From Dehalococcoidia bacterium (lineage in GTDB: Bacteria > Chloroflexota > Dehalococcoidia > Lucifugimonadales > UBA3495): a stretch of DNA of 64,000 nt. A program made the position numbers and the translations under genes. The number at the start of each line of letters is the position of its first letter. Within the stretch, counting starts at the first letter, position 1. The stretch spans positions 1 to 64,000 of the forward strand of contig JASLXV010000038.1 in assembly GCA_030740155.1 (NCBI GenBank), in the 5' to 3' direction. Under the pieces are notes generated by a model. It had not been told where the DNA came from, ran no database searches, and saw only the letters and a list, made by a program, of their open reading frames with translations. Positions 1 through 10,395 of the stretch are shown piece after piece.

Positions 1-1092
1 GCGGACCGACATGAACTACGATCAGGGTTTCCAGACCTTTGTCAACATTCTCGGACAGCACGCGAAAGGCCCGGGCTATCCGCACCACGAGGCTTTCGAC
101 GTCCGCGCCGCCTGGCGGTGCGAGGCGGACCGGTGTGCCCCTCAAACGATAACCGCCGCCGAGCGGTGGTTGGAGGAGCACCACAAGGAGGACTTCTTCC
201 TGTACGTGGACACCTGGGACCCCCATGAGCCATGGGATGCTCCGGCATATTACACGGAGCTTTACTACCCCGGCTACGACGGGGAAATAATCAACCCGCC
301 CTATGCTTACTGGCAAGAGATACCGTGGCTTACCGAAGAGAAAGTGAGGAAGGCCTATGCCACCTATTGCGGTGAGATCAGCATGGTGGACCGGTGGGTG
401 GGCCATCTGCTTAGCAAACTCGAGGTCATGGACCTGATGGACAACACCTGCGTGATCTTCACCTCCGACCATGGCTTCTGCTTCGGCGAGCATGGGGGCC
501 TGTTCGGGAAGGGCCTGGGGACCAGGCGGGAAGACGGCAGCGCCATCCCCGTGAGTGAGCTGGGGGATAAACGTGAAGGCTGGAGGCGCAGTCTCCGCTA
601 TGGGAGGAGATCACCCATATCCCGCTGCTGCTCTACGCTCCCGGCGTCAAACCCGGAACCGTGTCCTCCTTGACCTCTGCGGTGGACTTGATGCCGACGG
701 TCCTGGACCTGGCCGGGCTCCCGGTCCCGGATGCGGTCCGCGGCAGGTCCCTGGCGCCGCTTCTTCGAGCCGAATCCGCGGTAGGACCAGAGTTCTTGGT
801 GAGTTCCGCCCCTCTTTCCAACGTTGGCGACATTGTCCGGCAGATCGATGGCTTTGCGCGCCCCGTTCTCGAACCAGTGGTCAGCACGATCACCACCTCG
901 GAGTGGAGCCTCATGTACAGCATCGCGGGAGCGCGGGCAGAGTTGTACAACTTGGTGAAGGACCCGGCCCAGCAAGACGATGTCATCGCGGCCCACGGGG
1001 ACGTGGCGGCCAAGCTTCATCAGATGTTCGTGTTGGTACTGCAAGAGAGCGGTGTCCGCAAAGATCTGCTGGAGGCCCGGCTGAGCCTGTAA
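1..1092 (+). pseudogene. Sulfatase family protein, 5' truncated by window edge, with an internal frameshift near 580-595 (pseudogene or sequencing error)
   Basis: ORF 11..673 has sulfatase motifs (FFLYVDTWDPHEPW, Y.GEISMVD..VG, IFTSDHG...GEHG). The continuation SPLWEEITHIPLLLYAPG...VSSLTSAVDLMPTVLDLAG...ELYNL..DP is in the frame of ORF 661..1092. Confidence 0.8.
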
Positions 1093-1183
1093 TCGACGCG
1101 TCCGACCCGGTGGTCTAACACCACATCTGCTTCCGGTAAGCTCCCGCCGCCGCCGCCGCTTCGCCCGGCCCCTGGCCCGCCGG

Positions 1184-2485
1184 TCAAGCCTGGGGGCCAG
1201 CCGGAGCGGCCGGCTGGCGGGCCATGAGGACCAGCAGGGAACTGGCCACCGCGATGAAGCCGAACAGAACAAAGGCGTCCTGGTAGCTCCCCGTGGCGTC
1301 GAAGATTACGCCTGATATCAGCGCCCCCGCAGCGAAGCCAACTACCTGGGAGGCCCTGCTGACTCCGTAGATGGAGCCCAATGAGGATCTCCCGTAGAAG
1401 CTGGCCCACACCAGCGGAGACAGGATGTTGACCCCGGTGGTTGCCACCCCCTGGATCAGGGCGAACAGGTAAGCCTCGGCAGGGCTGTCAGCCAGAATCA
1501 AGACCGTCATGCTGATGGCGGGCATCAGTGTCACCAAAACCATGAGCCGCCGTGGTGGTATTCGCTCCGAGATGAACCCCAAAGCCAGAGTGCTCGCCGC
1601 GCCGGAGGCGGACATTACGCTGATGACGGCCACCGCCGGTCCCCCAACGAGCCCTTGCTGGTTCAAGTGGGGTATCAGGTGCAGGCCGACCCCGGAACTA
1701 GCGGTGCTGCTGATGAGCAAAGAAACCATCAGCAGCCAGAAAGCCGGCGTCCGGACCACTTGACCCAACGCCCACTGGGCCTCTTCTTCCGGGGAAACCT
1801 GCGGGGAAACCTGGTCGTTCGCGGAGAGGGCTTGGGTCCGGATTGGGGGTGGCTTTTCCGTCGTTGCGCCGTCCACCGCAAGGCCCATGTCTTCGGGCTG
1901 ACGCCGGACCACCAGGGCGCTGGGCACCACTCCAACCACGAGCATCACACTTCCCAACACCCACCAGGCGGCGCGCCAGCCCCACGCGCTGATCACCATC
2001 TGCACGATCGGGGCCATGACCAGGATGCCCGCCGAACCGGCGAAAAAGACCAGGGAGACGGCCCGGCCCCGGTAGCGGCGGAACCATTTGCCCACCGCCG
2101 GCGAGGCGCCGGCCTTGATCAGGCCCTGGTCGGCGGTCCGGGCAAAAGTGAAGGCAATGTAGAATCCCAGGAGGGTTTGCGCCTCTGCCAGGTAGAAGCA
2201 GGCCAGGGCGACAACTATGCCGCCCCCCGCGAGGAGAAGCCGGGAGCCAATCCGGTCGACCAACCGGCCCGTGAACGGGGCCAGAGAGGCTCCGATTATG
2301 GCTCCCACGCTGGTGGCCCCCGAGATCTGAGTCCGGCTCCAGCCAAACTCATCGGTCATGGGGGTGACGAAAATGGTCAGGATGCCTATGGCTGAGGCCG
2401 CGTTGGCGAATTCCGTTCCGGCGGCCGCGGCGGCCACGAACCAGCCATAGTAGACACGGGAGACACGTCTACTCAAGTTGGCCAT
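1184..2485 (-). CDS. MFS transporter
   Basis: 433 aa with about 12 hydrophobic segments, MFS motif GRLVDRIGSR and WF.RYRGRA. Confidence 0.9.
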   Translation of the reverse strand: MANLSRRVSRVYYGWFVAAAAAGTEFANAASAIGILTIFVTPMTDEFGWSRTQISGATSVGAIIGASLAPFTGRLVDRIGSRLLLAGGGIVVALACFYLAEAQTLLGFYIAFTFARTADQGLIKAGASPAVGKWFRRYRGRAVSLVFFAGSAGILVMAPIVQMVISAWGWRAAWWVLGSVMLVVGVVPSALVVRRQPEDMGLAVDGATTEKPPPIRTQALSANDQVSPQVSPEEEAQWALGQVVRTPAFWLLMVSLLISSTASSGVGLHLIPHLNQQGLVGGPAVAVISVMSASGAASTLALGFISERIPPRRLMVLVTLMPAISMTVLILADSPAEAYLFALIQGVATTGVNILSPLVWASFYGRSSLGSIYGVSRASQVVGFAAGALISGVIFDATGSYQDAFVLFGFIAVASSLLVLMARQPAAPAGPQA

Positions 2486-2663
2486 TGAGGATGACTAATC
2501 AGCTCCCCGTGGCGCAAATTTGCCAGCCGCATTCTCGTACCGAGGGCGGGAGGCATTGCCATGGTAACAGGAAAGCTCCGGCTCCGTCGGGAATGCGGCG
2601 GACCGGGCCGGATGGGGACTGGATCGACTGGTTCCTGGTTTCGGAAATAGCCGCTAGGATCAT

Positions 2664-2727
2664 CCGCTCGCCCTGAGCTTGTCGAAGGGCCCTGAGGCCG
2701 GTGGTTCGACAAGCTCACCACGAGCGG
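2664..2727. repeat. REP-like palindromic element (CTGAGCTTGTCGAAG / TTCGACAAGCTCA family)
   Basis: Inverted pair TGAGCTTGTCGAA...TTCGACAAGCTCA. A second copy with the arms in swapped order lies at 15623-15684. Confidence 0.75.
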
Positions 2728-2815
2728 CGTTGGTGATGCCCACCATTAAACGGCGTTGGTAACGGCCATTATCGACACGAACGGCGTTGGTAACGCCCAA
2801 TACCGAAAGGAAGTA

Positions 2816-3637
2816 CTAGTTCCTGGTGTGAGGAGGGGGCTGCTTCTGGGTGAAGGACTTCGCACCCTCCTTGGAGGAGAGGACCTCCCGGCCGATGTAG
2901 GAGAAGCGTAGCGCCTGGCCCAGGTCCATGTCCATGGATGCGGCCATGGCGGCCTTGGCCATGGCCAAGGCTTGGGGACGCATGGCGGAAAACCGTTTCG
3001 CCAGCGCGACGGCGCCCTCCACCAGCTTGTCGGGCGCAAACACATGGTTAGCCAGGCCGATGTCCACGGCTGCTTGGCCGCCCATGGGCTGACCGGTAAA
3101 CATAATCTCTTTCGCCCAAGCCGGTCCCACGGCGCGCGCCAGCCGGACGGTGACGCCGCCGCCGCCGATGGCGCCCAGGTTCTTGATGTGCAGGTCGCTT
3201 ATCTGGGCGGTCTCCGAGGCCACCCGGATGTCGCAGGAGAGAGCAAGCTCCAGGCCCCCGGCGGTGCAAATGCCGTCGATGGCGGCGATGGAGGGCGTGC
3301 CCAGGGTCTCCAGCCGGTCGCAGAACCCGGCAAGCCAGGGGCCGAAGCTCCGGTCCACCAACGCCCGGATGGTTCCCAGCAGCGCTTCCTCGCTCTCTTC
3401 CCGGTCCGCCTGCTCGTAGAGGTCCGCCCCGGCCGAGAAGCAGGGGCGCCCATCGGCGCGGGGGGCCCCGGTGAACACCAGCACCCGCACGTCGCCGGCT
3501 TCCTCCACATGGTCCACCACCTGTTCCAGTTCGCTGACGAGTTGACGGTTCAGGGCGTTGAGGCGGTTGGGACGATTGAGGGTGACCAGCGCCACGTTAT
3601 CCCCGACGTCTTCGTAAGTAATGCATTCATACGCCAT
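2816..3637 (-). CDS. Enoyl-CoA hydratase/isomerase family protein
   Basis: LNRPNRLNAL, FSAGADL, GGLELALSCDIR. Start placed at MAYEC after a GGAGG RBS. Confidence 0.9.
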   Translation of the reverse strand: MAYECITYEDVGDNVALVTLNRPNRLNALNRQLVSELEQVVDHVEEAGDVRVLVFTGAPRADGRPCFSAGADLYEQADREESEEALLGTIRALVDRSFGPWLAGFCDRLETLGTPSIAAIDGICTAGGLELALSCDIRVASETAQISDLHIKNLGAIGGGGVTVRLARAVGPAWAKEIMFTGQPMGGQAAVDIGLANHVFAPDKLVEGAVALAKRFSAMRPQALAMAKAAMAASMDMDLGQALRFSYIGREVLSSKEGAKSFTQKQPPPHTRN

Positions 3638-3763
3638 GGCACGCACCTCCTTTACTGTTCCAGGGTCACATCACCGGCAGGCGCAGCCCCGAAGGCCAGA
3701 CCGAGGCCTCCGGGGAGCGCGAGAAGAGTACTGGGTAACCGGGGCCGGACTTGGCCAGCCCGG

Positions 3764-4576
3764 CTAGACCATCGTGTATCCGCCGCTAACGCTGATGGTC
3801 TGGCCGGTGACATGCCCGGCGCCGGAGGGCGACGAGAGAAAGACCACCATGTTGGCAACGTCCTGCATCTTTCCGAACTTCCGCAGCGCGTACACTCGAA
3901 GCGCCCGTTTTTCGCGCTCCAAATAGGCCTCCGCCTCTTTCTCGCCAACGGCCAGCGCGGCCTCTCGGTCCGCGATGCCGCGAGGAGTCTGGGTCCGGCC
4001 CGGCGCCACGCAGTTGACCCTGATCTTGTGGTAGCCTAGCTCCAGGGCCAGACCCCTGGTAAGGCCGATTATGCCGGCCTTGCTGGCCCCGTAGGTTACC
4101 TGCCGGCTCTCGCCGCCGCGGCCGGCGTCGGATGCTATGTTCACGATTGCGCCGCTCTTCGCCTTCATCATGGGCTCCGCTATGGCCTTGCAGCAATTCA
4201 TGGAGCCCAGCATGATGACGTTCATTTCCTTGGCCCAGCTGGCGGGGTTCGATTCCCAGAAGTAGCCGTTCTCCCACCAGGCTGCGCCGTTGACCAGCAC
4301 GTCGATCTGCCCGTAGGTCTCCATCACCTCGTCCCGCATCTTCATCACGCTGTCGAGTTGGGTCACGTCGGTGTGGATGTAGCTGGCCCGGACGCCGTGG
4401 CTCATGCACTCCTGCTCGGTGGTCGTGCCGTCGTCCCCCACCCGGGCGTCGTCGGGCAGAATGTCCGCGGCCACCACGTTGGCCCCCTCTCTGGCGAAGG
4501 TGGCGCACATGACACGGCAGATGCCGCGGCCACCGCCGGTCACTACGATTGTGCGGCCTTTGAAATCCAAATCCAT
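3764..4576 (-). CDS. Short-chain dehydrogenase/reductase (BadH-like 3-hydroxyacyl-CoA dehydrogenase type)
   Basis: TGGGRGI, NIASDAGRGG, YGASK catalytic motif, GQTISVSGG. Start MDLDF after a GAGG RBS. Confidence 0.9.
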   Translation of the reverse strand: MDLDFKGRTIVVTGGGRGICRVMCATFAREGANVVAADILPDDARVGDDGTTTEQECMSHGVRASYIHTDVTQLDSVMKMRDEVMETYGQIDVLVNGAAWWENGYFWESNPASWAKEMNVIMLGSMNCCKAIAEPMMKAKSGAIVNIASDAGRGGESRQVTYGASKAGIIGLTRGLALELGYHKIRVNCVAPGRTQTPRGIADREAALAVGEKEAEAYLEREKRALRVYALRKFGKMQDVANMVVFLSSPSGAGHVTGQTISVSGGYTMV

Positions 4577-4737
4577 GGCTTCCTCCTTATGGCGCCAAAA
4601 CGCGTCGCGCCACGTACATTTGCTGGCTTCGCGAAGCTCGAAGGCCAAGCCCGCCGATTGGCGAGGCACTAGGAAGGACGGTGCGCCGGTACCGAGGGGC
4701 CGGCCCTCGCCTTCGGTCCTGCGGCTAGGTTTGCCGG

Positions 4738-5622
4738 CTAGCTGTCCTGGATAATATCCTCGTCACGCAGTCCCTTACCGATGATGTTCTTCCGGAACTT
4801 GACGAAGTTGGGCTCCCGCCTCTCCAGGAAGGCGTACTTTCCTTCCACGGCCTCACCGCCCTCTCCGTAGAAATCGGGGTTAACGTCTCCCACCACGGCC
4901 CCCATGTCGGTGTGGTCCCGGAGCCAGAGATAGGTGTCCCGGAAGGTGTACTTGAAGACGGCCAAGCAGGTTGGGCTCTTCACGACTATCTCCCGGCACC
5001 ACTGGTCCACCTCTTCGTCCAGCTTGTCATGGGGTATAGCCACGTTAGCCAGGCCCATATCTACGGCTTGCTTGGCAGAGTACCTCCGGCACAGGTACCA
5101 GAGTTCCTTGGCCTTCTTCATGCCCACGATGGCGGCCAGGTCCTGGACCATGTGCCCCGAGGCGGGGCTGGCCACGCGGGCCCCGTTCTGTCCAAACTGG
5201 GCGTGTTCCTCGCAGGCGATGGTGAGGTCGCAATGGTAGGCCAGGTGATTGCCTCCGCCGACGGCGAAGCCGCACACCCGGGCAATTACGGGCTTCAAGA
5301 TGTCTTCTATGCCGCCGTGGGCCCGGATGCGAACGTTCTTGGAGGGTTGCGCCTCCTCGTCCGGGTGCTCCCCGATATCGCCGCCGGCGCAGAAGGCCTT
5401 GTCCCCCTGGCCGGTGAGGACGACGACGCCGATGGTTACGTCCTTATCGGCATCTTCAATGGCGGCTTCTATCTCGCGCCAGGTGCGTCGGGTGGTGGCA
5501 TTACGACGATCGGGGCGGTTGATGGTGATCCAGGCCGCGCCCTCCACCCGATGGTGTTTCTGGTAGATGATCTCCCGCATCTCGAGGCCATCCAAATCGG
5601 CTATATTCTGTGCTGTTACCAT
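4738..5622 (-). CDS. Crotonase-fold hydrolase, MenB/BadI-like
   Basis: INRP.RRNA, AFCAGGD, GFAVGGGNHL...CDLTIA, VGMKKAKELWYLCRRYSA, EG..AFLERREPNF. Confidence 0.85.
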   Translation of the reverse strand: MVTAQNIADLDGLEMREIIYQKHHRVEGAAWITINRPDRRNATTRRTWREIEAAIEDADKDVTIGVVVLTGQGDKAFCAGGDIGEHPDEEAQPSKNVRIRAHGGIEDILKPVIARVCGFAVGGGNHLAYHCDLTIACEEHAQFGQNGARVASPASGHMVQDLAAIVGMKKAKELWYLCRRYSAKQAVDMGLANVAIPHDKLDEEVDQWCREIVVKSPTCLAVFKYTFRDTYLWLRDHTDMGAVVGDVNPDFYGEGGEAVEGKYAFLERREPNFVKFRKNIIGKGLRDEDIIQDS

Positions 5623-5881
5623 CCTTCCCCTCCTTGACTGCTATCACGGTGTTTGTATCGAACTGGCGCCCGGCCCGGGCCGGATCGGCCCCCGGTTCCA
5701 GCTTTTTCCTTGCCGGTGAGCCACACCGTCGCCGGGGTGGCGCTGCCATAATAACACAGGTCGGCATTGGGCCGAATCCCTGGTTTGGGACCCCCCGAAG
5801 AACCCCTCCGGAAGCGTGATTCCAAGTATCCAAGCGGGCTCGGTACGGCGGGATGTGCCGCCGGGAAAGCTCTGGCCTAAT

Positions 5882-7018
5882 CTACACGTCCCGCAGAATG
5901 TTGCGCGCCACGACCATCCGGTGGACCTCACTGGGACCATCGGCGATGCGCAGGCCCCTGATGGTGCGGTAGTGGACTTCTATGGGCAGGTCGGTGCTGT
6001 AGCCGGCGGCGCCATGTATCTGCAACGACCGGTCGATGATCTGGGTGGCGGTCTCAGTGGCGAATACTTTTACGATCGACGCGTCATGGCGAACGTCCAT
6101 CTCTTGCTCCGCCTTCCAGGCCGCCTGGAAGGTCAGGGCTCGAATGGCTTGCAGGCCTATTTCCGATTCGGCGAGCATGAACTGGATCGCCTGGCGGTTC
6201 GCCAGGGGCTGCCCAAAGGTGGAGCGGGTTTTGACGTACCTGAGCGCCATATCCTGACAGCGCCCGGCCAACCCCAGGCTCTGGGCCCCGAACAAGTACC
6301 GGGCCGTGGTCCAGCGGGCTTGGGCCACGCTCCAGGCGCCCCCTTCGGGGGTGGTACGCTGGGAGTCCGGGACGAAGCAGTCCTGGAAGTGCCATTCGCC
6401 GAACAATGCGAAGCCCAGCGTCGGAATCGTGCGAACGTAGGTACACCCAGGGGCACCCCGGTCCACCAGGAACAGGGTATGGCCCTCGCGCCGCTCGGTC
6501 CCCTTCATGCGGGCCAGCACCGCGACGTAGTCGGCGCGTTCCGCGTTGCTGGACCAAATCTTGCCGCCGTTGATGACGTAGCCGCCTTCCACCTTCTCGG
6601 CAGTAGTCGTTATCCCGGCCACGTCGCCCGCGGCGTCGGGCTCGCTGAACCCGGTAGCCCCGCGCTTCTCCGAGCGTATCGTGGGCATCAGATACTTTTC
6701 CCGGATCACATCGGAATCGTGGTACAGGTACTCGTTCACCCGCGGCCCCGTCATGTTCCGGGCCAGGACGCTGCGCCAGGTCTCTTCGGTCACGACGGCC
6801 AGCCCGATCTTATCGATGCCTCCGCCGCCCAGCTCCACCGACACGGCCGGCTGCCATAGTCCGGCGGCCTTCACTTTCTCTTCAATGGGACGTAGCGCCT
6901 CGTCAGGTAGCTCGACCATCCCCGGGTATTCCCTTTCCAGGGGGATGATCTCGCGATCCACGAATTGGCGCAGGGTCCGTCCTAACATTAAGTGGGCTTC
7001 TGAAAGGCCGAAATCCAT
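5882..7018 (-). CDS. Acyl-CoA dehydrogenase
   Basis: FSEPDAAGD, INGGKIW, R.TFGQPLA..QAIQF, QIHGAAG, RIADGPSEVHR. Confidence 0.92.
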   Translation of the reverse strand: MDFGLSEAHLMLGRTLRQFVDREIIPLEREYPGMVELPDEALRPIEEKVKAAGLWQPAVSVELGGGGIDKIGLAVVTEETWRSVLARNMTGPRVNEYLYHDSDVIREKYLMPTIRSEKRGATGFSEPDAAGDVAGITTTAEKVEGGYVINGGKIWSSNAERADYVAVLARMKGTERREGHTLFLVDRGAPGCTYVRTIPTLGFALFGEWHFQDCFVPDSQRTTPEGGAWSVAQARWTTARYLFGAQSLGLAGRCQDMALRYVKTRSTFGQPLANRQAIQFMLAESEIGLQAIRALTFQAAWKAEQEMDVRHDASIVKVFATETATQIIDRSLQIHGAAGYSTDLPIEVHYRTIRGLRIADGPSEVHRMVVARNILRDV

Positions 7019-7242
7019 CAGGTTCCTCCTCGAAGTGATTGAGCAGCTCCATGACGCCGGAGATTGCCGGAGGATAGGAGATGCCCACGCAAAAACGCGG
7101 CCCTTAGGCTGGAGGGGATGGAAGCCGTAGCGCCGGGCCGCAAGGGAACCAGAGCCGAAAAAAGTCGGGCGCTACCTCCCCCTCCTGCCAGGGATAAAGG
7201 TAATCGCCCATCGTTGCCACGTCAAGGGCCGGTCGATCCCGG

Positions 7243-8037
7243 TCAGATCGCCAAGTCTCTACGCTCGAAGGTTATCAGGGCTGCGGCCAGCGCCACGAGC
7301 GACATTCCGATCAAGACGCCCACATGAAGGAGGTCCAGCCCATTGGTCAGGGGGTCGGAGCCGAGGTAGTAGTAGAAGGGCGACAGCTTCTCTTCCAGCC
7401 CGGCCACTATGGGCCCCATGGCGTTGATGAAGTAGGCCGCAATACCGAGGGCGGCCGTCACCCAGATGCTCATGGCCCGCTTGCCGAAGGCGCAACCAAC
7501 CGCCAGGGCGATCGAGCCGAAGGCCAGCCCCAATAGGGTGGCGCTCAGGGAAGCCTCCGCGACCCGTACGACGCTGATGTCCATGCCCACGGCCCTGGCG
7601 CTTACGGCCGTTCCCAGCCATAGGGCCAGGCCCAGCACCGTTATCCCGACGGTCATCGCGATGAACTTCTCTGCCACCACCCGCCAGCGCTTCACCGGGT
7701 TGGCAAGCAGCAGGTCCAGGGTCCCCTTTTCCTCTTCGCCGGCGATGGCGCCGCTGCCGACGTTCAGGGCGTATACCAGAAACAGCAGCGGCACCATCAA
7801 GATAAACAGTTGGCTGTTGAGAAACCCCACGGGCGATGTGAAATCGGCGACCCCTCCCGCGAACGCTCTCAGGAGCGCCTCGGGCATTTGCTCAGCCAGA
7901 TCATCGAATTCCGGCGCGTCGCTGATGCTCGGATAGAACAGCACCGTGACCGCGATCAGCGCCACCATGCCGATCACCCACCACGTGAGAGGCCGGCGCA
8001 GGTCCCGCACCGTCTTCAATAGAACGCTAGTCAGCAA
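7243..8037 (-). CDS. ABC-2 type transporter permease
   Basis: Hydrophobic protein with AGEEEKGTLDLLLANP and C-terminal FERRDL. The TTG start overlaps the stop of the ATPase gene. Confidence 0.85.
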   Translation of the reverse strand: MLTSVLLKTVRDLRRPLTWWVIGMVALIAVTVLFYPSISDAPEFDDLAEQMPEALLRAFAGGVADFTSPVGFLNSQLFILMVPLLFLVYALNVGSGAIAGEEEKGTLDLLLANPVKRWRVVAEKFIAMTVGITVLGLALWLGTAVSARAVGMDISVVRVAEASLSATLLGLAFGSIALAVGCAFGKRAMSIWVTAALGIAAYFINAMGPIVAGLEEKLSPFYYYLGSDPLTNGLDLLHVGVLIGMSLVALAAALITFERRDLAI

Positions 8038-8929
8038 CGTCGTTTTCTCCGCTGTAGTAGGCCAGGAAGACCTCTTCCAGATCAGGCTCGTGGCTGATGA
8101 TGTCCAGGACCTCATAGCCGGCGGCGGCCTTTACTACCGCGTCCACTGAACCCGTGATCTCGCAACGCACGACCGAATCCTGGACCGTCACGTGGCGGAC
8201 CCCCGCCAGGCCGGCGAAGGCGTCCTGGGGCACCGGGGCCGCGAAATGGAGTTCCAGCCGCCGCAGGGACCGGGCCTTCAGGGCGCTGACGCTCTCCACG
8301 GCTACCAGCCGCCCCTGGCGGATGATGCCCACGCGGTCGCAGACCCGTTCCACCTCAGGCAGGATATGGGAGGAGAGAAATACCGTCCGGCCCTCCGCCC
8401 TGACTTCGACGAGTAACCGGTGGAATTCCTGTCGCGTCAGAGGGTCCAGGCGGCTGGTGGGCTCGTCCAGGATCAGCAGCTCCGGCCGGCGCATCAGCGC
8501 CTGGATCAGGCCGATCTTGTGCTTGTTGCCGGAGGAGAGGGAGCGGAACGGTACTGACAAGCTCGCATCCAGCCGCTCCGCCAACTCTTCAACGTAGCGC
8601 CAGTCCACGCCGCCCTGCAGATGCCCAAGGTAACTAAGCATCTCTTCGCCGGTAAGCCTGTCGTACATTGTCAACTCGCCGGGTAGGTACCCGGTCCGCC
8701 GGTGGACCTCGCAGACATCCCGGCGGGCGTCCAGCCCCAACACGTGGATGGAGCCCCCAGTAGGGCGGATGAAGTCCATGGCCAGGCGAATGGTGGTGGA
8801 CTTGCCGGCTCCGTTCGGACCCAGGAAACCAAAGATCTCGCCTTCTTGAACTTCCAGGTTGAGGCCTTCAATCCCCCGGGACTTGCCGTAATACTTGGTG
8901 AGATTGTCGGCTTGGATCACCCCACCCAT
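8027..8929 (-). CDS. ABC transporter ATP-binding protein
   Basis: Walker A GPNGAGKST, LSSG signature, LLILDEP, H-loop SSH. Confidence 0.95.
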   Translation of the reverse strand: MGGVIQADNLTKYYGKSRGIEGLNLEVQEGEIFGFLGPNGAGKSTTIRLAMDFIRPTGGSIHVLGLDARRDVCEVHRRTGYLPGELTMYDRLTGEEMLSYLGHLQGGVDWRYVEELAERLDASLSVPFRSLSSGNKHKIGLIQALMRRPELLILDEPTSRLDPLTRQEFHRLLVEVRAEGRTVFLSSHILPEVERVCDRVGIIRQGRLVAVESVSALKARSLRRLELHFAAPVPQDAFAGLAGVRHVTVQDSVVRCEITGSVDAVVKAAAGYEVLDIISHEPDLEEVFLAYYSGENDVAD

Positions 8930-9142
8930 TACCTTTTCTCCTCGGCGGCTCTCTCGGCGCGAAACGCCGCCGGGGCCGGACGAGGTTCCGGCACTACCCG
9001 CCCGGCCTCGCCAGAATGCCTGAATTTCACTGGCCGAGTTGACATAACGTGCCTAGCCTCATCGAGAACGTCTATGAGGCCCCACGGACGGACGGTAATG
9101 GATTCTCGCATTGTGCCGTTCTCCCTCCGGCTCCGGCCCGGC

Positions 9143-10147
9143 TTAGCCGGTGCGGAACGCCGGCAGTACCTCTTCGATGCAACGCTGTAGCTGGCCCTTC
9201 AGGTCGGGAGACACGAAGCGGAGCACCGGCGTGGTGCAGCCGGCGTCGATGTACGCCTGAATCTTCTCTATTACCGCCTCGGGTGGGCCATAGGCCAGCC
9301 ACAGTTCGGCCCGCTCCTGGGAGACCGCGCCGGCCCCGTAGTAGGACGATAGAAAGGTTGTCGCCTCTTTGAACGCCTGCTCCCGGTCCTCATTGATGTT
9401 GACCATGAGGTGGAGGCAGGACTCGAACTTGGACGGGTCGCGTCCCCGCTTTTCCGCGTAGTCTTGGATCTTGGCGAAACGGTCGCGGAAGGTCTCCACC
9501 GGCGTGGCATCGGTCTGCCAGCCGTCGGCGTGGGTTGCGACGCGGCGCAGAATGCGGTCCACGATGGGCTCGGCGACAATCCCAGGTTTGGGGTTGGCGG
9601 CAATCAGGATCGGCATCGGCTGCTGAACGGGCTTGGGAAGCATTTCCACGTCTTTGAACTGGTAGTACCGCCCGTCGTAGCTGACCCGGTCCTCGCCCCA
9701 GAGGCGGCGCAGGATCTTGACCCCTTCGACCAGGCGACCGACCCGCTCGGCCGAGACCACCCCCATCGCATCGAGTTCGTTGGCGAACTGGGGGCCGAAG
9801 CTTGCCGGGGCGCCGCTGCAGACGGACAGGATAGTGCGGCCGTGGGATAGAACGTCCAGGCTGGCCCATTGCAGCGCGAACAGGATCGGGTGGCGCAGCG
9901 GAAAGCTGGCCAGGCAGATTGTGCCCAGCTTGACCCGCTCGGTCCGGGCAGCGATGGCGGATAGGGTTACGATGGCCTCGACCCTGGGTTTCGAGAGCAG
10001 GTTGTCTCCAACCCAGATGCCATCGAAAAGACCCGAATCCTCCGCGGTCCGCGCGGCGTCGATAACGTCGTCCATGGTGCCCCAGTCGAAGAGCACAGCC
10101 CGGGTCGATAGGCTGACGCCGAATTTCGCCCGCATGTTTTGAGGCAT
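9143..10147 (-). CDS. LLM-class (luciferase-like) flavin/F420-dependent oxidoreductase
   Basis: LSAIAARTERVKLGT, RHPILFA..WASLDVLSHGR, PKPVQQPMPI, ADGW. Confidence 0.9.
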   Translation of the reverse strand: MPQNMRAKFGVSLSTRAVLFDWGTMDDVIDAARTAEDSGLFDGIWVGDNLLSKPRVEAIVTLSAIAARTERVKLGTICLASFPLRHPILFALQWASLDVLSHGRTILSVCSGAPASFGPQFANELDAMGVVSAERVGRLVEGVKILRRLWGEDRVSYDGRYYQFKDVEMLPKPVQQPMPILIAANPKPGIVAEPIVDRILRRVATHADGWQTDATPVETFRDRFAKIQDYAEKRGRDPSKFESCLHLMVNINEDREQAFKEATTFLSSYYGAGAVSQERAELWLAYGPPEAVIEKIQAYIDAGCTTPVLRFVSPDLKGQLQRCIEEVLPAFRTG

Positions 10148-10313
10148 GTCATTCCTCCTGCAAATAGGCCCCGCACGCCGGCCCTGTTCTTTCGCCGGCC
10201 CTGTTCTTTCGAAAGAGGGCTAGGGTGAGAGTTGTCCTGGCCCCGATATCTCTTCCTCCGGGGCCTGCATCAGGCATGTCGAGGCAAGGCCTGGTCGTGG
10301 AGAGCGACGACTA

Positions 10314-10348
10314 AATCCCCCTAATCCCCCTTTAGTAAAGGGGGATTT
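10314..10348. repeat. REP-like palindrome (CCCCCTTT..AAAGGGGG family)
   Basis: AATCCCCCTTTAGTAAAGGGGGATT hairpin. A related copy lies at about 20215-20255. Confidence 0.6.
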
Positions 10349-10395
10349 CGTCCGCTATCGACGCTCTGGATTGAGTCTAGCTGTCGATGCGACGA

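Noticed and set aside
2725..2800. Three short CGGCGTTGGT(A/G)A repeats as a mini-CRISPR or iteron set
   Set aside because: They are too short and irregularly spaced, and lie next to a REP with no associated genes.
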